Source: Trueperaceae bacterium (GTDB lineage: Bacteria; Deinococcota; Deinococci; Deinococcales; Trueperaceae). Taken from it: a stretch of 64,000 nt of DNA. Below are positions 10,190 to 19,739 of the stretch, piece after piece (position 1 is the stretch's first letter; each line of letters opens with the position of its first letter). Both the position numbers and the translations under genes were made by a program. Below the pieces are notes generated by a model. It did no database searches and was not told the origin of the DNA. It was given only the letters and a program-made list of their open reading frames with translations. The DNA is taken from positions 1,024,001 through 1,088,000 of the forward strand of contig OZ243913.1 in NCBI GenBank assembly GCA_965213705.1, read 5' to 3'.

Positions 10190-12166
10190 ATGCTGAAACA
10201 CCGTTTTGTGGGGGTTTTGCTGCTGGTCGTCCTGAGTTTGGGGCAAGCCCAAACTCCAACCCACGTCGAACTCGTTCTCGACGCCTCGGGCTCGATGTGG
10301 AACAAGCTTGCGGACGGTCAGTACCGCATCGTCGCCGCCAAAACGGTCTTGGCCGACTTCGTCAGCAGCCTGCCCACCGACGAGACGCTGAACGTAGGCC
10401 TGCGGGTTTACGGCTCGAGAACCGCCGCGCTGGACGAAGGTTCTTGTGAGGACAGCGAGTTGTTCGTCCCCATCGACGGGGTAGCCCGGGACGCCCTGCT
10501 TGCAAGCGTCCGCGACGCGAACGCGGTCGGGGCCACACCGATTGCTTACTCGCTGCAACAAGCCGCCGCCGACTTTCCGGCGCAAGGCAAAAAAATCATC
10601 GTCCTCGTCACCGACGGTGAAGAGTCCTGCGGCGGCGACGTGCGGGACACCTTGCAAACGCTGCGCGACAGCGGCGTTGAGATAGACCTGAAAGTTATCG
10701 GGTTCGACTTGAACGACCGCGCGGTCTCGAGCTTCGAAGGCTTGGGCACGTTCGAAAACGCGCGCAGCGCGGGCGAATTGGCCGCCGCCCTGGGCCGCGC
10801 CGTCACGGTCGAAAAAACACAGACCTACAGGGTCGCCGTGAGCGTCACCCGGCAGGGCGAGCCCGCCGCGGACGGGGCGGCGGTCAAGCTGCTCGAGGCG
10901 GTCGGCGGCGAAGCGTTTTCTCTGACACCGAGCGAGCCTGGCACGCTCACGGCGGAGGTGCCCGCGGGCGCTTACACGGCCGAGGTCGAAGACGCCTTCA
11001 CCGCCGCGCCGCTGAGTTTTTCCGACTTGTCGGTCACGCCGGAGGGTGACAACGCCTTCGCGTTCGAGCTCGCCGCCGAAACCGAGGTCGTTTTAAGCGT
11101 GACGCCCGCCGCGCCGGTCACCGGCAGCACGGTCACGGTGACTTTCGGGGCCGCGCCGCCGGGCGAACGCAACTGGGTCACCGTCGTGCCGCAGGACGTG
11201 CCGGACGAGGTGTATTTGGATTACGAGTACGTCACGGACGAGAGCGGTACGGCCGAGCTACGCCTACCGGCCGAAGCGGCAACCTTGGAAGCCAGGTATC
11301 ACGTAGAATTGCCCGAAGGCGGCACGCGCGTCGTCGGGCGCAGCGCGCCGTTTGCGTCGGTTCAGGCCACTGTCACCCTTGACCTGCCCGCCGAGGTCGC
11401 TGGCGGCACCGCTTTCGACGTGGCTTGGACCGGCCCCGACAACGAGCGCGACTACCTCACCGTCGTGCCCGCCGACGCGCCCGACGGTCAGTACCAGCAG
11501 TACCGCTACACCCGTGAAAACTCGACGCTTCAGTTCACCGCGCCCGTCGAACCCGGCGACTACGAAGTGCGCTACCAGTCGGACTATGGCGACGAAGTGG
11601 TAGCGAGGGCCCCCTTTACCGTCACCGCGTCAGCCATAACCTTGGACGTACCCGCCGAAGTCGCTGCGGGTACGTCGTTCGACGTGGCTTGGACCGGCCC
11701 GAACGGCAACCGCGACTACCTCACCGTGGTTCCTGCCGACGCCGCGGACGACACTTACCAGGAATACAGCTACACGAGCGAAGGGCCGACGCTTGACTTC
11801 ACCGCGCCCATCACGCCGGGGAGGTACGAGGTGCGCTACCAGTCCGACCGCGAGCGTGGCGTGTTCGCCCGACAAGCGTTCACCGTCACCGAAACGGCCA
11901 TCCGTCTGGACGCGCCCGCCGAGGTCGGCGCGGGCGAGGCGTTTACCGTGACCTGGAGCGGGCCGGACGGCGCGCAGGACTACGTCACCATTGTTCCGGC
12001 GGGGGCGGCGGAGGGCGCTTACCTCGACTACGCCTACACAAGGGGCGGCACCTCACTCACCCTGGACGCACCCGCCGAACCGGGCAGTTACGAAATTCGT
12101 TACAGCACCGACCGCGGTAGCGACAAGGGCAAAATCTTTGCGAGCGTGCCGATTACGGTTAGGTAA
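10190..12166 (+). CDS. Secreted VWA domain protein with tandem beta-sandwich repeats
   Basis: Signal peptide; MIDAS LDASGSM, TPIA, VTDGEESC; three near-identical repeats of about 88 aa (WxGP...DYLTVVP...Y.YT...PG.YEVRY) plus one diverged copy. Confidence 0.88.
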   Translation: MLKHRFVGVLLLVVLSLGQAQTPTHVELVLDASGSMWNKLADGQYRIVAAKTVLADFVSSLPTDETLNVGLRVYGSRTAALDEGSCEDSELFVPIDGVARDALLASVRDANAVGATPIAYSLQQAAADFPAQGKKIIVLVTDGEESCGGDVRDTLQTLRDSGVEIDLKVIGFDLNDRAVSSFEGLGTFENARSAGELAAALGRAVTVEKTQTYRVAVSVTRQGEPAADGAAVKLLEAVGGEAFSLTPSEPGTLTAEVPAGAYTAEVEDAFTAAPLSFSDLSVTPEGDNAFAFELAAETEVVLSVTPAAPVTGSTVTVTFGAAPPGERNWVTVVPQDVPDEVYLDYEYVTDESGTAELRLPAEAATLEARYHVELPEGGTRVVGRSAPFASVQATVTLDLPAEVAGGTAFDVAWTGPDNERDYLTVVPADAPDGQYQQYRYTRENSTLQFTAPVEPGDYEVRYQSDYGDEVVARAPFTVTASAITLDVPAEVAAGTSFDVAWTGPNGNRDYLTVVPADAADDTYQEYSYTSEGPTLDFTAPITPGRYEVRYQSDRERGVFARQAFTVTETAIRLDAPAEVGAGEAFTVTWSGPDGAQDYVTIVPAGAAEGAYLDYAYTRGGTSLTLDAPAEPGSYEIRYSTDRGSDKGKIFASVPITVR

Positions 12167-12222
12167 AGTGAGGGGGTGGCGGCGAGTGTTTGCTTCCACC
12201 CTCCCTTTTCCCATCCCCTTTT

Positions 12223-13650
12223 TCAGAGGACGATTTCAGTCCCCGCCTCGAGCCCCCCCGGCAACTCGATGTTATCCAAGTCTTCCGGTTCAATGGCCGT
12301 CAGCGGGCTCAGTTCGATGACGGCGTTTATTTTGTCGCCGTTGTCAAAAGGCACCTTGACGCCGCAACCTTGCAACCACCGACCAGCGCGTTGGCTCTGC
12401 AACTGCCGGCTCGTCTCGGGCGAGTCGTCGCCTTCGGCATTCTTGATGGGCGCGAACTCCTCGACCCGGTCGGTTTCTAACAGCACGCTTTTTTCGGCGA
12501 GCGGCAGCGCGTCGAAGACGAAGGTCTCGAGCTTGACCGCGTTGGGCGCGTCGGGCTCGACAAATTCACCCGTTGAGAGGTCGAGGTGAGGCACTTTTTT
12601 GTTCGCCCGGTGAAACGGCAGGGCGAAGCGCCCGCCGGACTCGTTCAAACGCCGCACGAAGTCCACGCTGAGAAGGTGAATCGCAATCGAGCCTGCATCA
12701 AAGGCGAGCTTGCCCGAAGCGTTGCGTCGTTCGGCCAACTCGCTCGGCATGTCGGAATATTCGATGACGCTCAAGCGTCCGTCGATGCGGCAGAAGTTGC
12801 CGACTTTTTCGAACGGACCGACCTTGGGCAGCAGCTTCGCCGACATCTCCGCGCCTTGCAATGCGTGCAGCCCGATAAACAGCGGGTCGAGCGGCTTGAC
12901 GTTCGGGTTGTCGACCTGGAAATAGCTGATGTGTTCGACGCCGCGCCGCGTCATGTCGGTCAGCGCGCCGCTCTTGTAAAGCGCCTTGAGGCTGCCGCCG
13001 TGCCCGTCGGGGTTGAGGGCGAGGCTGTCTTTGTCGGCGAGCAACACTTTACCGTCCAGCCCGATGCTCGGCATACTGCCTTGCTGGAAAAACATGACAT
13101 CCTCGGCCTCGAGCCCAAAATAACCATACTCTTCGAAAAACGCGCGCGTGTCCGCGTCGTTCAGGGTGCTCGTCATGAGGTACCAGGGCACAGCAGCGCC
13201 GTACTTTTGCTGCGCCTTGCGAATCGTTTCGGCGAACACCTGGAACAGCGGTTTGCCCTGCACCGGCGTCGCCGGAAAGGTGCCCTTGGGGCCGTCCCAA
13301 CCGAGGCGCGTACCCTGGCCCCCGGCGACCGTGAAGGCCGCGACCTTGCCGGAACGCAACAGGTCTTCGCCGCGCTCTCTGGCTTGGCGGTAGGTAGCCT
13401 CGAGGTCGGGGGTCGGCGTGCGCGGGTAGTAGGGCGCGGGCTCGATGTTCTCGGACAGGGCAGTCTCGGCCGGGTTCAGCACGTCCTGGACCAGTTCGCT
13501 CAGTTGCGCCCAGTCCTGAGCCTCTACCTGGTCCAAAAGTTGCGCTTTGCCCACGTCATTCAGGTGTTCGAAATAGTGCAGGAGATGAGATTGGTCGTAA
13601 CTTTGCAACGTCTGCTTCGAGGCGTCGTAGCGTTTTTGTAGTGCGTCCAT
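12223..13650 (-). CDS. UDPGP type 1 family uridylyltransferase (eukaryote-type UDP-GlcNAc/UDP-Glc pyrophosphorylase)
   Basis: AGGQGTRLG..GPKG, PDGHGG, QVDNP, IEYSD, KLETFVFD, EFAPIKN. Confidence 0.92.
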   Translation of the reverse strand: MDALQKRYDASKQTLQSYDQSHLLHYFEHLNDVGKAQLLDQVEAQDWAQLSELVQDVLNPAETALSENIEPAPYYPRTPTPDLEATYRQARERGEDLLRSGKVAAFTVAGGQGTRLGWDGPKGTFPATPVQGKPLFQVFAETIRKAQQKYGAAVPWYLMTSTLNDADTRAFFEEYGYFGLEAEDVMFFQQGSMPSIGLDGKVLLADKDSLALNPDGHGGSLKALYKSGALTDMTRRGVEHISYFQVDNPNVKPLDPLFIGLHALQGAEMSAKLLPKVGPFEKVGNFCRIDGRLSVIEYSDMPSELAERRNASGKLAFDAGSIAIHLLSVDFVRRLNESGGRFALPFHRANKKVPHLDLSTGEFVEPDAPNAVKLETFVFDALPLAEKSVLLETDRVEEFAPIKNAEGDDSPETSRQLQSQRAGRWLQGCGVKVPFDNGDKINAVIELSPLTAIEPEDLDNIELPGGLEAGTEIVL

Positions 13651-13741
13651 AGCCTCATCATACGCAACCCTGCCAAGTCGTCAAAGTGCAAAGGGTGACT
13701 CGAGCTACACAGCTTTTCTGAGCGCAGCCGTTCTCAAAAGC

Positions 13742-14704
13742 TCAAGCGCCGGGTTCGTCCGCTTCGGTAGGACCAGGCAGCGGCAACGGTTCCAAGTCGG
13801 TTTCAGACTTCCCGCGGCGTCCCCTGGTGCGCACGCGCTTGGCTAAGTCGCCCGCCAGTTTGCGGCCCTGCTCGAGCGCGTCGGCGTAGTAGCGGCGCAT
13901 CTCTTTCAGCGTCGCCGTTTCGCCCTCGGCGGCCCACAGGTGAACCGTCTGGCCGATGACCCAGGTGCCCGCGTAGGACACGGCAATTTTCGGGACGATG
14001 CCCCAGACGGGCACGAGCCCGACGAGTTCTCGAGCCACCTGCCGGAACAGAAAGCCGCCGCCGACCACGCTGATGATTTCTTTCATCAGTTCTTCGGGCT
14101 TGCCCTTTTTGCCCTCGGCGAGCGCGAGCTTGTAAGCCATCAGCAGTTGGTTTTTGGTCAGCACGACGAGGTCGGCCACGTTGAGCGGTAGGCTCAAAAT
14201 CGGCACGATTTGGGCCACGCCCGTGGAGGCGGCGTAGGCGGCGTTCGTCCTCGAGGTCTGTTCGATGAGCGTCCGCGCGTAAGCCCCGCGCAAGGTGGGC
14301 ACGTGCCGCGCCAGGGACAAGCGCTGCGTGTCGGGCGCTTTGTCGATGAGGGCCGGGGCCAGGACGGTTTGAAGCGTGTTGACTTCTAAGTTCAGCAGCA
14401 TTACGCGGTCGGGGATGCGGGTGTCCACGTTGCCGACCAGGACTTCCAACCCGCCCGCGGGCAACGGTTCGGCAGGCGGCGCGTCCTGTGACACCCGCAC
14501 GAGCAGGTCGCCGGGGCGGCGTTCACTCAGGTTCGCAAGCGTGCTCACCCACGGGGCCGCGCCGAGTTCGCGCGCCAGGCGTCCCGCCAACTCGGGCTCG
14601 CCCACGACGGCAACCCGAACGGGCATCTCGGCGTTTTCCTGAATGCTTTTCAGGTTGATTTCGCGGATGAGGTTGAAGAGGGTTTTGGTAGCGCCCAAAA
14701 ACAT
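13742..14704 (-). CDS. DUF697/YcjF-like membrane-associated protein
   Basis: IVPILSLP...DLVVLTKNQLLM.YKLA...VPVWG...SYAGT.VIG pattern. Confidence 0.65.
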   Translation of the reverse strand: MFLGATKTLFNLIREINLKSIQENAEMPVRVAVVGEPELAGRLARELGAAPWVSTLANLSERRPGDLLVRVSQDAPPAEPLPAGGLEVLVGNVDTRIPDRVMLLNLEVNTLQTVLAPALIDKAPDTQRLSLARHVPTLRGAYARTLIEQTSRTNAAYAASTGVAQIVPILSLPLNVADLVVLTKNQLLMAYKLALAEGKKGKPEELMKEIISVVGGGFLFRQVARELVGLVPVWGIVPKIAVSYAGTWVIGQTVHLWAAEGETATLKEMRRYYADALEQGRKLAGDLAKRVRTRGRRGKSETDLEPLPLPGPTEADEPGA

Positions 14705-14856
14705 CTAGCGCCTGCTCTCGGCGGCGCGGTTCGGCTGTGAGGGTGACATGGGGGTCAGTTTAGCAGCTCGAGCCCCTTGAAAACTCCGCCGAAAGTAGCA
14801 AGCGTTGAGCCCCATTCGTACCCTGGGAGAAGCGCGCCTCTCACGAAAAACCGGCG

Positions 14857-15642
14857 CTAACCTTTTTGGGCGAGCAACGAGTAGCTGAGCGGTGGTTTGT
14901 GCTCAAAGTCCTGAAACGCCCGGTAGTTGTTCGACAAGTCGTGTCCGTACTCTTCAAAATGCGTCAAGTGCAAGCCTGTTTGCAAACACAAACCGATGAT
15001 GCTCGACAAGGTGTGCTGAAACCAGTACGACTCGGCGCGGCCGGTCTGGGCGGGGTCCAGGTAGTCGGGCAACGTTTCGCCCACAAAAGGCTCCTGCCGA
15101 AAATACGAGCTGTCGACCTCGAGCACCTTCGTCGGGTCGAACATCGCCAAAACGGGGTGCTGGTCGTAAAGAAAAAGGGCACCCCCAGGCCGAAGCAGCC
15201 GCCCGACGACTGCGAAAAAAGCGGGCAGGTCGGGCAGCCAACCCAACACGCCGACCGTGACGTAGACGATGTCGAAGGCGTGGTCGTAAGTCTCGGCGAC
15301 GTCGTACACGCTTCCGTGAACGAACTCGAGTTCTTGCCCACTCGCCTCGGCAAGTTGCCTGGCTTGCTCGAGAAAGTTCTCCGACAGGTCGAAGCCGACA
15401 CAGCGCCGCGCGCCCGCCTTTTTTACGCTGACGAGTTCTCGGCCGTTGTTACAGCCGAGTTGAACTACGTCCTTGCCTTCCAAACCGAGGCTCGAGAACA
15501 CGCGGCGCTCCACCTCGTCGAAAGTTGTAAAGTCGGGCTGGCTGACGGCGGCTAGAAGTTTGTCGAAACCCTCGGCCTGATAAACGTCCGCCGTCCGGTT
15601 CCACATGGCCCGGTTAACCTGTACAAATTCGTCGTTTTCCAT
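14857..15642 (-). CDS. Class I SAM-dependent methyltransferase
   Basis: VQLGCNNG, GFDLS, GVLGWLPDL, LLRPGG, DQHP. Confidence 0.88.
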   Translation of the reverse strand: MENDEFVQVNRAMWNRTADVYQAEGFDKLLAAVSQPDFTTFDEVERRVFSSLGLEGKDVVQLGCNNGRELVSVKKAGARRCVGFDLSENFLEQARQLAEASGQELEFVHGSVYDVAETYDHAFDIVYVTVGVLGWLPDLPAFFAVVGRLLRPGGALFLYDQHPVLAMFDPTKVLEVDSSYFRQEPFVGETLPDYLDPAQTGRAESYWFQHTLSSIIGLCLQTGLHLTHFEEYGHDLSNNYRAFQDFEHKPPLSYSLLAQKG

Positions 15643-15696
15643 AAATGCTATTTTAAGGTGCAAGGCTGAGGTTTCTTCACCGACCGGCCTCGAGCC

Positions 15697-16590
15697 TCAA
15701 AATAGTCCGGTGACGGAAACTGCCAGAGTAAAGGTTTGGCTCGAGCCCTCCAAACTGTACTCCGCGCCTGCCCCGCCGTAGGTGAAGCGGTACTCGGGGC
15801 TCGGCGTGACGTACTCGAGGCCGCCGTAGCGCAGGCTCGCACCCAGCAAACCCGAGCCGTTGCTCAGGTTGCCCAGCCAAAAAACCGCCGGGGTCAGGCC
15901 GGTTTGGGCAAAGTCGGGCGAACTTACGCTGACGGCCCCGTAGTGCAGCCCTCGAGCTTGCAAGTCGGCGACATCAGGTCGCCCGCCGCTAAAAGCGCCC
16001 CGAGCGCCGCCGGGTTCTCCGTCAACACGCCCGCGTCGCCGTACCCCAAACCGTTAAGGTGATACTGCCCGCTGACCGAAAAAGTGTAGCGGTCGTCCGC
16101 GGTCGTCGCGCTTTAGCGCGCGCCCAAGGTACCCAAAACGAACAGGCCGTCCGAGGTCTCGGCGCTCAAGCCGGTCGGGCTGTTCGCGTCCCGAACGACG
16201 AACACTTTGTCGCTGCTACCCTCGAGCACCATTTCTGCAAACACGGCCACGTCGCCCACACTGCCGTTACCCGTCGCCATCACGGCGTTGTGCCCGCCGG
16301 TCTCGCGCAGCGCGCCCGTGGTGACCTCGAAACTGCCCAACAAAAACTCATAACGCGCCGCCACGCTCGCGGCAAGCTTTGTAGAAATGTCCCCCAGAAT
16401 CAGGTAACCCGTCAGGTTGTCCGTGCCGATGGGCAGCTGCGCCTTGAGGCTGACCGGCCCTGATTCTTCGCCGGGGTCTTCGGGGTCGACTTTTCCGAGT
16501 TCACGAGGTTCGCCGGGCTGAAGAAGTAGCCGACGCCCCAGTTGACGGTTTGCTTGCCCGCGCGCACGAGTACCTAGGAGCCGACGTCGA
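15697..16590 (-). pseudogene. Degraded outer-membrane protein-like gene, last gene of a collapsed ABC exporter operon
   Basis: Fragments VLVRAGKQTVNWGVGYFFSPANLV / LGKVDPEDPGEESGPVSLK / AARYEFLLG / ...FTLAVSVTGLF are separated by frameshifts and internal stops; terminal Phe. Confidence 0.6.
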
Positions 16591-16880
16591 ATCGCCCGCG
16601 GTCAAGACGAAGCTGTCGGGGAACCTCGCAAAGTAGCTGCTCGGCGCCATCCCCCAGAGCAGCGCGAAAGAGAGGGTTTTGTCGTCCCGGCTGACCGTGG
16701 CGACGCCCGAGAGGAGCGGGGTGTAAGCCTCAACGTTCGGGTCGGCGTCCAGGTAAGCGGCAACGTCCGGGTAGGTGTGCAGCGGCTCGGGGGCCGCGCC
16801 GAAACCGGGCGCGCCGACGCCGCCCCCGACAAAACTCACCGCTTCTTCGCTCGTACCCCGCACAATCAGGTCGCCGTGTC
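16591..16880 (-). pseudogene. Internal fragment of an FtsX/MacB-type ABC permease periplasmic region
   Basis: GDLIVRG...DPNVEAYTPLLSG.A...ALLWGM.P..Y...LTAG; no TM segments and no own start. Confidence 0.55.
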
Positions 16881-17048
16881 GATGCAACCGATAAGGTGCA
16901 GCAGCGTCGACTTGCCCGAGCCCGACGGCCCCGCAATCGAGACGAAGTCGCCCGCCTCAAGCTCGAGCGACACGCCTTTGAGGGCGTGAAGCTCCGTTTT
17001 GCCCAGGGGATAGGTTTTTTTGACGTGGGTCAGTTTGACGATAGCCAC
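16866..17048 (-). pseudogene. Truncated LolD/MacB-type ABC ATPase (N-terminal 60 aa only)
   Basis: HALKGVSL...[18 protein letters not shown]alker A, then stop after IDTAT. Confidence 0.9.
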
Positions 17049-17153
17049 AGCCTGCCTCCAAAGGGGCTCGAGCCTCCGAGCCGTTTAGCAAGTGTGGCAG
17101 CGAGGTTTGTAGGGCTGCCGCTCGAGACGTGTAGGGTTTATGGAGAGCTGAAA

Positions 17154-17186
17154 CATACCCAACTTTTTGGTATACTGCAAGGTATG
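17154..17186 (+). promoter_or_regulatory. Leaderless promoter and probable autoregulatory operator of the MazEF-type module
   Basis: TATACT at 17171-17176, 7 nt before ATG 17184; inverted CATACC (17154) / GGTAT (17169) / GGTATG (17181) overlap it. Confidence 0.55.
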
Positions 17187-17441
17187 AAAATCAAAACCAG
17201 CATTACTTTAGAAGCCGAACTCCTTAACCGCGTTGACAAAACTCTTTTGGAAAGCGAGTCACGTAGCGCCTTTTTCATGGAAGCGGCGCGACAGCTCGCA
17301 GACGCACGTGAGCGTGCCCAAAGAGACGCCCGTGATTTGCAGCTTCTTAACGCCAACGCGGACGCTCTCAACGAGGAGGCTCTCGACAACTTGGCGTTTG
17401 TGTCGGCTATTTTTCAGGAGTATGGCGAAGAGCAACCGTGA
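17184..17441 (+). CDS. Ribbon-helix-helix antitoxin
   Basis: [15 protein letters not shown]...SRSAFF RHH pattern; GTGA overlap with the toxin. Confidence 0.8.
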   Translation: MKIKTSITLEAELLNRVDKTLLESESRSAFFMEAARQLADARERAQRDARDLQLLNANADALNEEALDNLAFVSAIFQEYGEEQP

Positions 17442-17776
17442 GGCGTGGTGACCTCTACCGTGTCAAACGTTCCAATAGTCCTGACAAAGACCCTCGAGCC
17501 TACCGAGTTTACGTGGTGGTGGGTCGCCAGGTTGTCATCAACTCTGGTTACACTACCGTTATCTGCGCACCTGTTTACTCACGCCATGACGCGCTCAGCA
17601 CGCAAGTGAAGGTTGGTGTCGATGAAGGGTTGAAGCCTGAGTCGAGCATTCATTGTGACAACCTTGTCAGTCTTCCCAAGGTTGTTCTCACGAACTATGT
17701 GGGCAAGTTGGACGAACCCACGATGGCAGAACTGAATCAAGCACTCCGCAGCGCTCTACAACTCGAAGAAAGCTAA
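17438..17776 (+). CDS. mazF: PemK/MazF family endoribonuclease toxin
   Basis: [36 protein letters not shown]...LRSAL. Confidence 0.88.
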   Translation: MRRGDLYRVKRSNSPDKDPRAYRVYVVVGRQVVINSGYTTVICAPVYSRHDALSTQVKVGVDEGLKPESSIHCDNLVSLPKVVLTNYVGKLDEPTMAELNQALRSALQLEES

Positions 17777-17925
17777 ACAGGCAAGGTCAGCGTAAAACTC
17801 GCGCCACCTTCGGCGCGGTTGCTGGCGCTCACGCTGCCGCTATACAACTCGACCAACGTCTTGACAATCGCCAAACCCAGCTCGGCGATGGTGCGCTCGT
17901 CTCCGACAATCAACACTTTGCTCAT
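17773..17925 (-). pseudogene. Collapsed two-component system: response-regulator N-terminus fused to histidine-kinase C-terminus
   Basis: Manual translation: [50 protein letters not shown]. Confidence 0.85.
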
Positions 17926-18263
17926 GGCCGCCCGCCGCGCCATCCCGTACCGGCCGGAACTCGGTTCATGTCGCCAACCTTTGCTGAATACCCCTGTCCG
18001 GTGTCATTGCGCCGTCCTTCCGCGCCCCCCGTTTTTTCAGCTTCAACCTACGCGAGCCGTGTCTGAAACTTGCGCCGAAGTTGTGTAGAAAATGTGAAGC
18101 CGCTCAGCCGGGAAGGGTTGGGGTCGCCCGTGCGAAGACTCGAGAGGCATTCTGAACTTTTCTTCGGAGGCTCGAGCAAACCCTGTCGACCGACCTCGGG
18201 GGTGCCGCTTTCCCAGCACTCGAGCGATAAACCGAAGCGTGTTCGAAAGCGTTTTTGCCCCGA

Positions 18264-18632
18264 CTAAAACTCCAACTCGTCGTTTTTCGAGCTGATGAAC
18301 CGCTCGAAGGCGTCGTCGCGCTTGGTGTTGGGTCGTTTGGGTGTCGGAGGTTCGGGTGTTGAATGTTCAGCCGTCGGCCGGTCGGTGACTGGTTGCTCGG
18401 GCACGGGTGCAGCCGGTTTGGGTTTCGCCGCGGCCCCGCGGAAGTCGTCGTTTTTGGGGGTGTTTTCCGCACCGGTGGGGAAGGTCCGGACAGGTTTGCG
18501 GGCGGGCGTTTTGGGGCGGGGGGGCTCAGGCCGCCGTTGGCCCAGGGTCAGCAAAAACCACAGCGTGAGTGCCAGCGCGACGACCGCCAGAAAAAACAGC
18601 AAGATGAGAAGGCTCAGCGGGTCCAGGGCCAT
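18264..18632 (-). CDS. Small single-pass membrane protein with Pro-rich disordered tail
   Basis: N-terminal hydrophobic helix; C-terminal DDAFERF; TATACT 5 nt upstream. Confidence 0.7.
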   Translation of the reverse strand: MALDPLSLLILLFFLAVVALALTLWFLLTLGQRRPEPPRPKTPARKPVRTFPTGAENTPKNDDFRGAAAKPKPAAPVPEQPVTDRPTAEHSTPEPPTPKRPNTKRDDAFERFISSKNDELEF

Positions 18633-18646
18633 ACTCCAGTATAGCG

Positions 18647-19666
18647 TCAGCGCGTGAGCAAGTCCCGCAAAACCGCACTCGAGACGTTGCCGCCGCTCAC
18701 CAGCAGCACCGTTTTACCCGGTCTCAGGGTCGCTTCGCCCTCGCCCGCTGCCAATTTTCGGTAAGCCGCCAGCGTGAGCGCGCCGGTCGGCTCGACGACC
18801 AATTTCGCTTCGTTCAGGTACCAGGCGGCGGCCTCCAAAATAGCCGCTTCGGGCACGGTCACAAAGCCGTCGACGTTTTGTTTGATGACCCTAAATGTGT
18901 GCTCGCCCAAACTCTGCGTCCGCACGCCGTCCGCGACCGTGCGAGTCGTTTTTTCGGCGGGCCAGGTGACGACTTTTCCTTGTTGAAAAGACTCGCCGGC
19001 GTCGGCGGCCAGTTCGGGCTCGACGCCGAGAACTTGTGCGTCGGGGCAGAGTTTTTTGAGGGCCAGGGCGATGCCGGCCAAGAGACCGCCGCCCCCGGTG
19101 CAAACGAGCACGTTGGCGACCTCGGGCAAGTCCTCGGCGATTTCTAAACCCACCGTGCCTTGTCCCGCGATAATCCAGGGGTGGTCGAAGGGCGGCACGA
19201 AGGTGTAACCGCGCTCGTCGACGAAGCGTTGCGCCGCCACTTGGCGCTCGGCTGCCGAGGAGCCGCAGCGCACAACTTCCGCGCCCCAGGCGAGGGTGCG
19301 CTGCACTTTAATCTCAGGCGCACCTTCGGGTATGGCGATGGCGGCGGGTACGCCGAAGAGGTGTGCGGCGCAGGCGAGGCCTTGCGCGTGGTTGCCCGAC
19401 GAAGGTGCGGTCACGCCGCGCCGCCGCACATGTTCAGGCAACGAGGCCAGAAAGTTGTACGCCCCGCGCAGCTTGAACGAGTTCGTCCGCTGCAAGTTTT
19501 CGGCTTTGGCGTAGACCTCACCCTCTACAGGCAAGCGAACGAGGGGCGTGCGGTAGACAGCCTCTTTGATACGTCCGTGGGCTTTTAAGAGGTCGTCAAA
19601 GGTTACGAGTGTGCTCACGGCACCGTCGGTCACGGCATCATCGGTTGCAGCAACGTCAGTCGTCAT
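18647..19666 (-). CDS. PLP-dependent threonine/serine dehydratase family protein
   Basis: KAENLQRTNSFKLRG, SSGNHAQG, GQGT, GGGGLL, SGGN. Confidence 0.93.
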   Translation of the reverse strand: MTTDVAATDDAVTDGAVSTLVTFDDLLKAHGRIKEAVYRTPLVRLPVEGEVYAKAENLQRTNSFKLRGAYNFLASLPEHVRRRGVTAPSSGNHAQGLACAAHLFGVPAAIAIPEGAPEIKVQRTLAWGAEVVRCGSSAAERQVAAQRFVDERGYTFVPPFDHPWIIAGQGTVGLEIAEDLPEVANVLVCTGGGGLLAGIALALKKLCPDAQVLGVEPELAADAGESFQQGKVVTWPAEKTTRTVADGVRTQSLGEHTFRVIKQNVDGFVTVPEAAILEAAAWYLNEAKLVVEPTGALTLAAYRKLAAGEGEATLRPGKTVLLVSGGNVSSAVLRDLLTR

Positions 19667-19739
19667 GGCGTCATCATACGCGCTCGGAGGTCGGTTTAGA
19701 AAACAACCAGGGGCTCATGGTTTTCTACAAGACCCAAGC

